From the NCBI RefSeq assembly GCF_000181795.1, contig NW_003526948.1, positions 1,868,785 through 1,928,306 on the forward strand: a stretch of 59,522 bases of DNA, written 5' to 3'. The notes under the pieces were generated by a model, which was given only the letters and a program-made list of their open reading frames with translations, had not been told where the DNA came from and made no database searches. Source of the DNA: Trichinella spiralis. Lineage: Eukaryota. Below, piece by piece: positions 1 to 12,289 of this stretch. Every line of letters begins with the position of its first letter. The stretch's first letter is position 1. Made by a program: the position numbers and the translations under genes.

Positions 1-37
1 ACACACACACACACGCATACATACATACACATACTGC

Positions 38-73
<36 letters not shown>
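1..73. repeat. Compound (CA)n/(ATAC)n/(AT)n microsatellite
   Basis: Directly visible. Similar (AT)n tracts at ~874-902, 41045-41075, 54497-54521, 55262-55290. Confidence 0.9.
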
Positions 74-74
<1 letters not shown>

Positions 75-335
75 CTTTTTCATCTGTTGAAAAATATTAT
101 CAAAACATGGACAATGAATGATTTCCAAAAATTCTGCCATACAACAACTCCAAATCTGCCTTATTAATAAAATAAAGTCTGCAATATTTTCTCGGCTAAC
201 TAAAGAAACATATAAATGAAACGAGAAGAATCGCAAGCTGTTTCTTAACATTCGAAACATGATATAATAATAATAATAATGACAGTATTAATAGTAATAA
301 TAAACAATAATAATAATTAAGATAATTAAAAAGAA

Positions 336-872
336 CTATTTTTCAGAATCATCTTCAGACAACAGTTCCGGACGCAAGGCGCCAAGACACTGGGCCAAAG
401 CACGGTTGCATTCCGTGCGACTGAAAGCCATGTGGACCAGTCGATTTTCAAAAAATAAAATTTTCCTGCGCGCATTTTCTGAATTCATCGCCAAATTGCG
501 CAATACCAACGCGCTCGTAAAGCGAATACTTTTGGTCACTGGACCTTCATTTTCTTCCTGAGAAATTCAAAAGAATAAACAAACAAACAAACAAGCAAGT
601 AAACAAACACAACAAAGCATTTTTTACGGGCAGATCTTTGGGCATGTTGACTAGTGTGTGACGTCGAATAGCCGACATTGCCGCGTCTGGTGCGTAACCG
701 GGATGCGGAGGTGCACGCGGTTCGGGAATTTTACTTCGACCAGTCAGCAGCAATTCGGCTCGGCGCATAGCCGCCGCTCGAAGTACCTGCTCATTACAGT
801 GAACTTCCTACAACACCCAGAACAACAAATAATTCACATTATTGTCGGTTATTACAAATCAATAAGTAAATA

Positions 873-905
<33 letters not shown>

Positions 906-3900
906 AACCTGAACATGGGCAACTAATGACCACTTCTTACGAACGGTGTCGTCACAATTGGCCCACATGCACTTTTGGCTGCCACCCGAGATGTGTGATT
1001 TATACACATGAATGTTAACACCTTGAGCACTTTGAAAGAGTCTAAAAATGAGCGAACAAATTTGCTTAGCACCAATTTGCAAATGGAGTGAATTATTCGA
1101 TTGGAAATTACTGTTTGCACTGGTTCCACTCGCAAACGTAACGCAAAGCCGCGTTTGCAGCCATCAGTGGGGGCGGAGTTTGCCTCTGGGACAGACGAAC
1201 GCTGGGCGACGTGGCCGCCAACGGTCGCTGTGCTTGCACAACCGACGGCGAGGAAGTGGCCTGACGGGCAGCCGGATTCGAGGTACAAATTATCTGTCGT
1301 TTGCGAGTGTCCACCACTTGCAACGACGAACAATGATGATCCGCATCGTCGCTGTTGGTCCTTTTGCGAGACACGCCGCCACCGTTCACTGGAACCCAGA
1401 CCGCGCCGACAGTGTCCGGCTTGTTCAGCAACACATGCAAATTCTTCTGACCCAACTTGACCGTATCCGTGTCGGGCGTGGCGGCGCGTCGATTTCCATC
1501 GGCGTCGGTACCGTTCAACATGTGCCGATCTTCGTCGAACCGCCGCCGCTGCTGCTGCTGCTGCTGCTCGGGGGGCGGTGGATCGTCGGTGCCATGCCAA
1601 GGCAGCTGTGCTTCGGCTGGGTCGGCGGCGGCGGCAGCTAACGACGACACAGTGCTATTTTCGCCTTCGCTCAAATCGCCATTCGCGTTTACCGCCTTCG
1701 AATACACGGCGCCGGTGCTGCGCGCCGCGGCGGCTTTGTTCTCCACACGCACGATTCGAGCTTCGTGCGCATCGTTAGCTTCGATCAGTGACGTCGCCTC
1801 CAACGCCGGATGGCACACCTCCAGCTGACATTGGCCACTTGCGGCCGGCTGTGAGGACGACACCGTGGAACCATTCAACGATACCGCACCACCACCACCA
1901 CCACCGCTGGACGACAACCTGCTGCCACTACTACTGCTGCCCGTACGACAACACGGCTGCTGCTTTTTCTTCACATTCACCGCAGGCACTGCTGCTGTTG
2001 CTGCAATGTTCACATCCTGTGAACACCCTGACGACGACGCAAACGATTCCGGCGTATTCGGCAAACTGTAACTATCAGTTGTACCGACACTGTCCGGTCG
2101 TTTCGGTTCAACACTGCTCGGCTTGTTGTTCCGGCACAACATCTGCTGCATAATCGGATGCTGCGCGGCTACGGGCGTGGGGCTGGTAACGTGATTACGT
2201 TGGGATCCGACGAAACGTATACCTTCAATTTGCAACAAACCGCTCTTGCTATTCGGACCTTCCAGTTGGCGTTGTACGCACAACGGAAATAACTGTCTGA
2301 AAATGAATGATGAAATCAAATTTTCCCACTTCCGACAACCAACTTGCATTGGATGATATACGTCACAATTTGCTGAACACGTTTCACAAGGGAAAATAAA
2401 AACAAAAGAAAAAGCAATTACCGAATCAAATTGGAGAATGTGCTAGCTGATACAACAAGCGTCTGACGACCATGCACTGCACGAGCATAAGCGGCGTACA
2501 GTTCACCACGCGAAACTATGCTATTCGAATCGGCAACACAATTTTCTTTAATCCTGAAAACACCATATCCTCAATATACAAACCTCTGTAAAAACATTCG
2601 CAAATTAAACAATAGACATATACAACGCTTGGCTTTTTTCCTTTATTTCTTAATTATACCAATCAATTTTTTGTATTCATAAAATTATAGCAAAATTAAT
2701 TTCTTATTAGAAATTAGAATAAGCTTACCATTTCAACGCAACTGCTTCGACTTGCTGATCTTGATACACACTGACCGCAGGTCCTTTAAATATTTCAGGT
2801 CGTGGCATAGATCGATGCTGCAACATGGGTGATGCAGTCAACTGTCGGATATTTGTCTGAACAACAACAGGCTGAGATTGTTGCTGCTGTATTTGCTGCT
2901 GCTGCTGCTGTTGTTGTTGTTGCTGTTGCTGTTGCTGAGAAAAAATCACCGTTGTTGAAGTTGACGGTACGGATTGATAACGTGAATTTGGCAGCCTAAC
3001 AGTGGTGCAGTTTATAACAGAGGTACGGATAGACCCCGAGGACGATCCGGCAGACTGAGTGGCCAACGGCGACGGTGTGATAGGCCTGGACCATCGTGCG
3101 TTTTGCACTTGACCAAATCTTGGCGCCATATCACTACGATACGGCTGACCAGGCGGCGGCGCTGCATTCACATGCTGGTGCCTTTTGGCCATCTCAACAA
3201 TTTGCAAACCTACCAGACCAGCTGGAGCATATGTAGATGCTTCAACCGTAACCAAATCAACTAATGTTGCTAGTATGGAAAAAAATACAAAATGAGCACA
3301 CGATGATACATTTTTTTGCAAATTTTTGTCACTGAGCTTACCAATTGCGGAGGGCTGTTGAACAATCAAATCGCACACTGCCTCGCCCATTTGGGACAAT
3401 GATAACATGCACTCCAATGTATTCAAGCAGATCAGTACGTCTTTGACAAGTAAACCGTTCACTATGCACCTGATCACATCACTGTCCACAAATTCCAGCA
3501 TCACCTGCTTATTTTCAGCGCAACTGCACAAATGACCAACCACTTCGATTTCTAAACACAATTAATAACAAATTCAAAAAATAAGTGGGAAATAAAAGCA
3601 AAAACAACAACACAATTCACTCACGTCGAGATAACCGCATGCGATCCTTGGACTGCAAGCCTGAGTAGATGCAAGAAAACAGCAGCTGCGTGGTCGGCGT
3701 TTCGATAGAATCTAATCGCCACGTCGTTGCCATGAAAGCCATCAAATCGGACGCGTAGCTTACTAACTGACACAAATCACTGTGAATGCCGACCAAAATG
3801 AGTCTGCATAATGTTAAAATGTATTATTTAAATATATTTCAAAAAATAACAACAAACAACTCACGTGACCAAGGCTTTGCACGATGCCAACACTTGAACA

Positions 3901-6748
3901 CAGTTTCTTTGCATGGAAAAATTACGTAAAATGCAAAATACCTCAAATAATTATAACATTAAATTGAAACGATTACACATATCACTTGGCATTTAAATAT
4001 ATCTACCTGCTGAATGCGTTTCATTATTTCGCGCTTTATCTGATCTTGGTCTGAATAAGAAATTTCACATTCGCCTACAACTGCCGCCTCGTCCGGGCCC
4101 AACAGTTGGCGTACTTTGTCATCCAAAACGTGCTCGTTCCAAAATTCGACAAAACGCCGATTGGTATATTTCAGCCACTGGCCAAAATACACCGCACGAT
4201 AAGAGCCAGGACCTGAAAATATTTTCACATTTACAACAATGTTTCCTAAAAATGAAATTTCACTAAAATTTCAACCACCTTCTTCGAAAATGCCCACATG
4301 CGCAAGCAACAAACTAGCCAACTGACGAAGATTAATGTCCTCAGCTGTAACACCACCTCCAAAAGAGATCAGCATCAACGTGTTAACAGCAAAATCCACT
4401 TCATTCGGCAAACCGGACTCCAAGCTTCGAACAAAATTGACCGCTGTCGGAAGACAGTTAGCTTGATATTTCGCACCAAAATTAGCAACTAAAATTTGTA
4501 TAAAGTTTCAATAATAAAAGAAAAAAAAAACACATAAATAAGTATATTCAACTCACTTGAATTATCATAATAACGACTATTAAAGCCATAACTAGATGAT
4601 ACTTTGCTACGAGAACGGCTATAACTACTATCATCTTCGTCGTCTGTATCAGTACCAAATGTAAACTTCTGCTCAAAACGGGCCAAATATCTAATATGCA
4701 TAAAAATAAACGTCCATCAATTTTCAAATCATTTTCCCACTTACCGCATATATATCATTCGAAGAGCATAATCAGCCCCAACGCAATCATCACCCAACTG
4801 TACTGATGACAATACTTCGTGCCATTTGTTATGCGTTGAGACCTGCAATGAGTATATATATATACAGTAGAAATGAAAATATCGCAGATTTTATATTTAA
4901 TAACCAAAGAGTTCTAAGTTATATGCAAAGTAAACATCATTTACCATCTGTCATTCGAAGAAAAACAAAATATATACACACAAACGTACATATATATAAA
5001 TACTCAGTATTCCACAAATAATATCGCCATTTCTCCATGAACGTTCGTTCGCTCATAACATTTAGATTAATTGAATCTTTAAATATATATATAAAGACTT
5101 AAATGCCTTAGTATATGTTTTAAAATGACGCATTTTACTTGAAAATATGCTTAGTAACATCCATAAAATATCCTATTCTACAAAAATAAACAAAAGAGAA
5201 CTACAAAATCATATTTTAAAAACAATATTGAATCCAGTCAATGTCCAGCTGTAAATCATAAATTAAATTGCAACTAAGAAAGCAAATTTTGAAAGCAATA
5301 TATTAAATAATAAAACATAATAAACATAGTGCAACGAAACAACTTGTAAAAATCCGACTTAAGACAAATCTCCACGGCAAGGAGGAGATTGTAAAGCTAT
5401 TTTTCAAACTTGAAAAAGTTCTTTTGTTATAGATTATTTTTAACCCAATTTGTTTAATATTTCTCATTTAGTATTATTTATTTTCTATTTACCTAAATAA
5501 TAAAATATCATTGAATAATCTGTCTCACCGGAAACAAATTAGAGACAACATCCTGTCAACGTATTAAGCTTGGTTGTTTTTGTATAATTAAAATTCAACA
5601 CGATTAACTTACGAAAACTCAAAAATTGCTTCAGTGCAAACAGCTTTATCTACCTCTTAGTAAATTCATATCTAGATCTTTCCTATTGCTACCTCTATTG
5701 CATGGAAACGTTTTCACTGAAAATTACTTTTCACCTTTTGTTACTTTCAATTTCCATTACTAAAATGCCACCCAATTGTTTAAACTGTTCAAACTTCTCA
5801 CATAATAATTACTTTGACTATAAACATGATGAATTATTTAACCCTTATTATCACTTTTTCAATTAGCGGAACTCCATTCTTATTTTATCAATTACATTTC
5901 TTGCTGATTACATTTTACCTCTTCTTACACAGGATAATAAAATATGCTCAACAATATCTACCATAATTACAAACCTGATAATGTGCACGCAAAACCTGAT
6001 AATAATGATAAATGACTATAATATAAAATATTTTGAAAATGCAATCATTATATTTATAGTTTTTCAGTCAAGAAATCGTTCAGGAATTAATGACAAGCAA
6101 GCATATCTCAAACAACGGCATACTGTAATAAAAATTGGTCAACAAAAACTGACCACTGTTTCAACGTGAAAATAAATTAACGAACAAAAACTAAAAACTA
6201 AAACATAATAGTAGCAATAGCAACAAGTTAGTGCCACCCACGCGCTTGCTCGATTGCACAAGCGATGTGTCACCAAGGAACAGACGGTGGTCAAGGAAAA
6301 CGAGAAAATGAAAATTTGAACCATAACCATGTCAAGTGTCTATATCCAAGGACGACCCAATCGCGAAATGTGATTTCAAACGCGCGCTTTACTGTAGTTT
6401 GCACGATGAAATGGAATAAGGCATGCCAGTGATAACAACATGAATAAATCATTTCACCTTAGACCAGCCACCAAGTTGAGTCACTTGACGATATAATGCA
6501 AACAGGTCGATTGGACGTCCATTGATCATCGGTACCGTGTGAGGTCCACCTCTAAAATTAAAAATTTATTCAAATAAAAATAAACGCAAACGGAAATTCA
6601 AAATATGAAATAAAGTGATTAAAGTATAAAACAGTTACGCTTTCCGACAGAGGAACGACTGCAACTGAGCGTTGAAAGCTTTCCGCTGCTTGTACAGATG
6701 CTCGTCGTCATCGTAGAAAAGTTCGTTATAATTAATTATGTCGCTCAT
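336..6748 (-). CDS. ARID2: AT-rich interactive domain protein 2 (PBAF subunit BAF200 / swsn-7-like), multi-exon
   Basis: ATG at 6748. First exons 6639-6748, 6458-6551, 4745-4842, 4557-4690 splice in phase and give an ARID domain (PMINGRPIDLFALYRQVTQLGGWSKV..NKWHEV..LRMIYMRYLARFE). Then the ARID2 motif SLESGLPNEVDFAVNTLMLIS, an RFX-like winged helix (WIKENCVADSNSIVSRGELY, ~2423-2553), two C2H2 fingers (YVCEWNQC.., KCMWANC..RKKWSLVAHVQEVHC) and C-terminal EGPVTKSIRFTSALVLRNLA. Stop at 336-338. Confidence 0.95.
2881..2937 (-). repeat. CAA/CAG repeat encoding poly-Q in ARID2
   Basis: (tgc/tgt)n on the + strand, in frame with QQQQQQQQQQQQQQIQQQQ. Confidence 0.9.
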
Positions 6749-7214
6749 GGATAGAATATGTCAATGGTCAGCGGCGAATAAAAAATCGCCGCTATTCTCT
6801 GCACAGCCAAATAATGCACTTCTTCTTGATTGGCATAACAGCTGATTATGTGAAATTAAAAAGAACCGAGCCGGCGTCGAACTCTTAAGTAAAATTACAT
6901 AACATTTTCAGACATAAATAAATAAATAAATAAACATATGTATACATATATGCATAAATTTATACATGCATAACATACATCATAGATTATACATACATAT
7001 CTATCTATCTATGGATATATAACTATATATATACATACATATATATCTATGTATATGTATATATGTATGTATGTATGCATGCATATAAACAACAGCAACA
7101 ATATGGATGCATATGAAAAGAGAAAAAAAGAACAAAATTACAATATTATTGCAATTCACAGAAAAATATGAAGATCAGAAATTATAAATAAAGAAAAAAA
7201 TACAAAAAGTCAAG

Positions 7215-7700
7215 AAAACCAGCGCCAAACGCACGACCTGATTGGCCAACGCGACAAATGAGAAAAAGAAGCGGTGCGTCGCTTCAGAGCCGGTCGCGTG
7301 CGTCAGTTAAGCCGGCTGACGGCTAGTTAGCCAGCGCGACGTCGCTCCAACGGAACGGCCAGAGCAGCTAGCTTTGGAAAAAGTCTTTTAAGCAGAGAAA
7401 AGTGACGCACATGGGTAGGCCAGAGGAAGACGCGTTCAATAGCAGACAGAAGTCGGCTTCGATCGCACGCACGCGCTAGGTTCATTGCTTCACAAAGTCA
7501 ACAGGCGAAAGCATCAGAGAAGCGGGCGCCTGTGGGCAAGCGCACTGGACAACCTAGCACCCACACAGCCAGACACTAGCGAGCAGAAACGCCAAATCAA
7601 ACCAAAACCAAACCACTGCACGTCCGTCAACAGCCAAAACCACAGGCCAGTACGACTTACGTCTAGCCAACCTGCGCATCATATTATTGTAGCAATAGCG
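7215..7700 (-). promoter_or_regulatory. GC/CpG-rich promoter and first-intron region of ARID2 with a probable non-coding first exon
   Basis: Abrupt GC/CpG-rich island in AT-rich flanks; CCAAT box (ctgattggcc, ATTGG 7241-7245); strong minus-strand donor AC|GTAAGT at ~7660 and an acceptor near 6885 upstream of the ARID2 ATG. Confidence 0.55.
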
Positions 7701-9279
7701 GTTGACAACACTTTCTTGTTGATTTTTTCTCCTTTTATACTTATTTATTTTTTTATCAAATACTAGAATATTTATAAAAATATTAATAAGCGCATAATGT
7801 GTTTTTTATCTGAATATTTGCAGAAATATACGAAATGACTTTTTCAACATGTGGATTAAAAAGTTTTTTTGCAGTAATTTCCCACAAACTAGCAAATGAA
7901 AACAGGAGAGTTTTCTTCATCTGTGTATCAATTTGGATACACTTCGAGACAATAAATTCTTGCAATTAATTGCTGCTCGTTACCCAGACAACTAACACCC
8001 AAGCAAAAGGTATACTGTAAATATACAGGATACTCTCTTATTGAATTATATTGACCTGAATTTGATATTTAATGAACAAATAACAAACTAACAGTTCATC
8101 GTTATTTAATACTTTTGAATAATATTATTGCTTGACACGTTTATTCACTTTAAAAATTCTTCAAATCACTTTTGACTTCAATACAGTATTACTAAAAGAC
8201 AATAATTGAAAAAACAATTTCCATGATTGTCGTAAACGAAATTTCATTTAAGATAAAAATTATAATGAACAATTAATATTGCATTTCATGAGTAAATGTG
8301 ACATGCAATACTTTTCTTTAAAAATAACAAAATAGTAAAATAAAAATTCAAACAAGATTGAGTATTCTTTTATATAAAATATATAAAATGCAAAATATAC
8401 ATTGCGGAAAATTATTTTTTAACAAATTCTAAAGTATCCATCAATATTGTACATTACTTATATATTGATTTTAATTATTTACACTGTAGTATAAACAATC
8501 GGTATCCAAATAGTGGAATACAAAAAACATAAATAAATAAATAAAGGGTAAACGTAATCTAAAATAAAATTAAATGAGAAAATATCATATTAAATTCACG
8601 AATGCCACTGTGCATTTGAATTCGCTTAAATGTAAAAAATTGGTTTTACCTTAATTTGATGAAGCATAGCCAGAGTATTATCTGACTTCCTTTACGCGCG
8701 TAAATGAATTAATGAAATAAGACTTTTGCAATGTCATGATGAATTTCATTTATTTTATTTAACTGCGTTATAAGGAATTCATTTTACATAACTTCCATAT
8801 TAGAAATTCATTTTACGTTCAACATGCATATACACATTGTTTTCGAATTAACAAGCTATACACACTCTGCTGAACAAAATATGAAATTAGTTTCATGCTC
8901 ATATAAACATAATTTAAGTAATATTTTCTGGAATTTCTGTTCCTAAAAAATAATACAACTGATTTTTCCACGGAAGGAAAATTACCTGATTTTCAATCGA
9001 AACAACAGCTTCTTAGTTAAGCATGTATAGTAGAAAATATTAAAAATTGTTAAATACCATTAAAATCAAAATAACATCTATCCGTACAGTTGAACAATTT
9101 GTAGTTCTATGTAAATTAAAATATTAACAAATAATTAATTAAGTTAAAAGCGTTGCCAAAACGTTTCAACTTCATATGTAATGAAGGCTACAAAATTCGA
9201 AAAATTACTAAAAAAACAAAAATATTTTTGACACAAATAAAAAAGCATTTTAATTTCAAGTAGCTAACGCAACTAAATA

Positions 9280-9504
9280 TCACGACTTATTCGGAGGTTC
9301 AAAATTATCGAGAAATGTTTCTTGCTTAATAGCATAAATTGTGTAGAAGTAAATTGCCAAAGCTGAAGTCCCAAGAACTAAGCCAACCATGTTGCTGCGT
9401 TGACGTGCCAAACGATTTCGACCCACCCTTTCAGCTGTAGTTTGATTCAGAGTGTTCATAAAATACTTTGCCAATGGATCAGTTTGTGGGTTTGAATTTT
9501 CCAT
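9280..9504 (-). CDS. COA3: Cytochrome c oxidase assembly factor 3 (CCDC56 family), 74 aa
   Basis: Single TM segment and family motif RSNMVGLVLGTSALAIYFYTIYAIKQETFLDNFE. The ATG directly follows a TAG acceptor; donor of an upstream UTR exon (AG|GTAAGC) near 9626. Confidence 0.9.
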   Translation of the reverse strand: MENSNPQTDPLAKYFMNTLNQTTAERVGRNRLARQRSNMVGLVLGTSALAIYFYTIYAIKQETFLDNFEPPNKS

Positions 9505-10273
9505 CTATGTCAAATAAAAAAATAAAAGCACAGCACAAAAAATACGCAACAGAAATTTGTAATACGGAATATAAAACCAAAATAAAAAATTTTTAATGTT
9601 AATCTCAAAAAATAACCATAGCTTACCTTCAAGAAAGATTTCGAAATATAAAAAAAAGTAATATCAAAACAAAACAAATCCTCAGAGCCTTATTGGATAC
9701 TGTATTTTTCAATAAAAATGAGAAACATTTTTTATATATAAAGTAGCATATATTTACAATTGATAATTGTACATTTTTATATAATAAAATTTAATATGGC
9801 TGCACTCTAAATTATTTTGATACGTAAACAAATATGTGCAGAAACTTTGAAATTCTATTTTGGGACTAGATCAAATGCAGCTTATAATGAACAATTTAAA
9901 ATATTTAAAAATAAATTGATTTATTAAATTTATATAATATTATTATTAAATTAATTTTATGTCCAATTTATTCTTTAATGCTTGGTCATAAAAGAGACAT
10001 GTATACATATAAACATATACATAGGATACAGTAATCCTTTTCAATGTAGTTGTGAAAGAGCATAATAAATTAAAAAATTAACATATTTACAAAATTTATT
10101 GTTTTTTTTATTTTATTTTATGTTTAATATGTTATGCTGAGTAATGTTTACTTGTAATCAAACTGATATGATTCTCAGGTTAGTTAATGAAAACATATTT
10201 ACTTCCATCATTGTTAGGTGACTCGCTATACTGAAACTGATTGATAGCTTTTACTGTATTGCTCTTTTTTGCT

Positions 10274-12254
10274 ATGGAAGGGTATGCGCCTTATTTTTCA
10301 GTTCGATTGTTCCTAAAAGCATGTTTTTTGATTTTTTAGTGCAAGGCGAAAGCGTTCTTCGAAAGATATCTCTTCGGATAAGATGGTTTACATTAGCAAT
10401 ATTCCATATGATATTCGTTGGATGGAGCTGAAGGATATTATTCGAGAGAAAGCTGGCGATGTTTCTTACGTTGAAATGATTGAAAAAGGTGACGGAAAAT
10501 CTAAAGGCTGTGCGTAAGTGCTAATGGTTGATTTTGATTAATTCAATATCTTGCGTTGACTACATCGCTGATTGCATTTTTCATTATTTTATTTTAATAC
10601 CTTAATTGAAAAATGGATATTTAGCAGCTGTGATGGAAGTTCATTTTTTATTTTGTTTTGGATTACTTGAATTGTTTGTTTAGATTGGTAGAATTTAAAG
10701 ACCGGGAAACAGCAAAGAAATGTGTGGAGAATATGCACCGTATGACTGTGAAAGATCGTTCTATTGTGGTGAAAGAAATTCGAGTACTTGTAACAGTTTG
10801 TTTCACTTGTTGTTGTTGTTGTTTTTATTATTGAAAGGAATGAATTTAGGATCCTGAAAGATTTTTTAAAAGGGTGAAAGAAGAGACAGGCGTCGACTTT
10901 TTTGCCAATCAAAGTGGACAGAAGAATTTTCCTATTGAAGAACCACCGAAAGAGATATTTGAAACCTTCGGCTTGAGTCCAGTGTTTTTGCGAGGCTTAG
11001 GAATTCACTCTGCGTTAAGCAATCGAGTTTTTGTTAGCAACGTATTGTAGTTTGCAGCAATATTTTAAGAAACATGGTGTATAGCAAATTTTTTTAGCTC
11101 CCTATTACAGTGGGGCCTTCGAAATTGAAAGAAGTGTTTTCATTGGCAGGGAAAGTTCTGGACGTTGATTTTCCGTTGGACAAGACCGGAAAGACTAAGT
11201 GCGTTGCTTGCATCGAGTTTGAACATCCTCTTGAAGCTGTTCAAGCGATTTCAATGTTGGATTCACAAAAATTATATGATAAAATGTTGTGTGTTCGTAT
11301 GGTGGGTATAGAGAGTGACAAGCTTTACAATAAGCGGTGAGTATGGTCGCAATTTAGGACAATGCAGTGACTCGTAAGCGTCGAGAATCTAGAATGCCTG
11401 GCGAACTGCCTTACGGGTTACAATCCGTTGGGCAAGGATTGGGATTAAACGGTGTCCCATTGGTTAATGTTAGTCAAGTTGTGAATAATAGTAATTGATT
11501 TAATGATTTGTTCAGATAATATTATACGAATGTAAAAATGGGTTTTTAGCGGCAAATGCAGCTTCTTTTAACAATCAGTCTTTACTGGGTTCAAATCCAT
11601 TGATGAATCAGGGTTTTCAACCACCGCAAAGCATGAACCCACCTTTTGGTCCAAATCGACCTCCAGCTGGCCCAATGCCTGGTGGTAATGGAATCGGTGT
11701 TGGAATACCGATGGGACGGAGTTTTGATGGCCCACCCACTATTCCTATGGCTCCAGGGGCTTTCGATCAAGGCCCGATGATGGGTGCTAGTCATCCATTT
11801 GATAAAGCCGATATGCCTCCATTAGGAATGGGCGGCGGTGCAGGTGGAATGAATGTTGGATTTGGAGCGCCCGCTGCTATAAATGGCAATTATCGAAGTT
11901 TTCCATCACTTTTGTCGAATGCACCGGACTTTGAATACATGCAAAGTGGAGGTGGTCCTGGACAACCAGGTGGGTTCCCAAATCGTCCTAATTCGCGCAC
12001 GATCATTGTCCGCAATGTAAGTATTCAGAATATAATTTATTATGTAGTGCGTTGTTGTTAGCTTACTGTAATTATTATATAATTTGTAAGTGTTTTTAAT
12101 TTAACGATTTGGTTTCAGCTGCCGTTAGATTTCACTTGGCAGTCTCTGCGCGATCGCATGCGATGTTATGGCGAGGTTGAGTTTGCCGACATCATTCAAC
12201 CGGGAGTTGGAAAGATACGTTTTAAGAGCACCTTCGACGCGGACAAAGCATACG
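10274..12254 (+). CDS. hnRNP M / myelin expression factor 2-like triple-RRM protein (3' end unresolved)
   Basis: Exons 10274-10281, 10340-10513, 10684-10783, 10850-11041, 11098-11301, 11358-11490, 11550-12016, 12119-12254 all join in phase. RRM1 VYISNIPYDIRWMELKDIIREKAGDVSYVE..GKSKGCALVEF; RRM2 ..CIEFEHPLEAVQAISML; LPYGLQSVGQGLG linker; G/M/P-rich region; RRM3 TIIVRNLPLDFTWQSLRDRM. The terminal exon is not recognisable. Confidence 0.9.
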
Positions 12255-12289
12255 GTTAGTTTTGTAATTTTGGGGTTTATGTTATTTTA

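Noticed and set aside
5826..5910. ATGATGA...CTGA box C/D-like pair in the ARID2 long intron
   Set aside because: Antisense to the host gene, with no terminal stem or recognisable guide sequence; expected by chance in AT-rich DNA.
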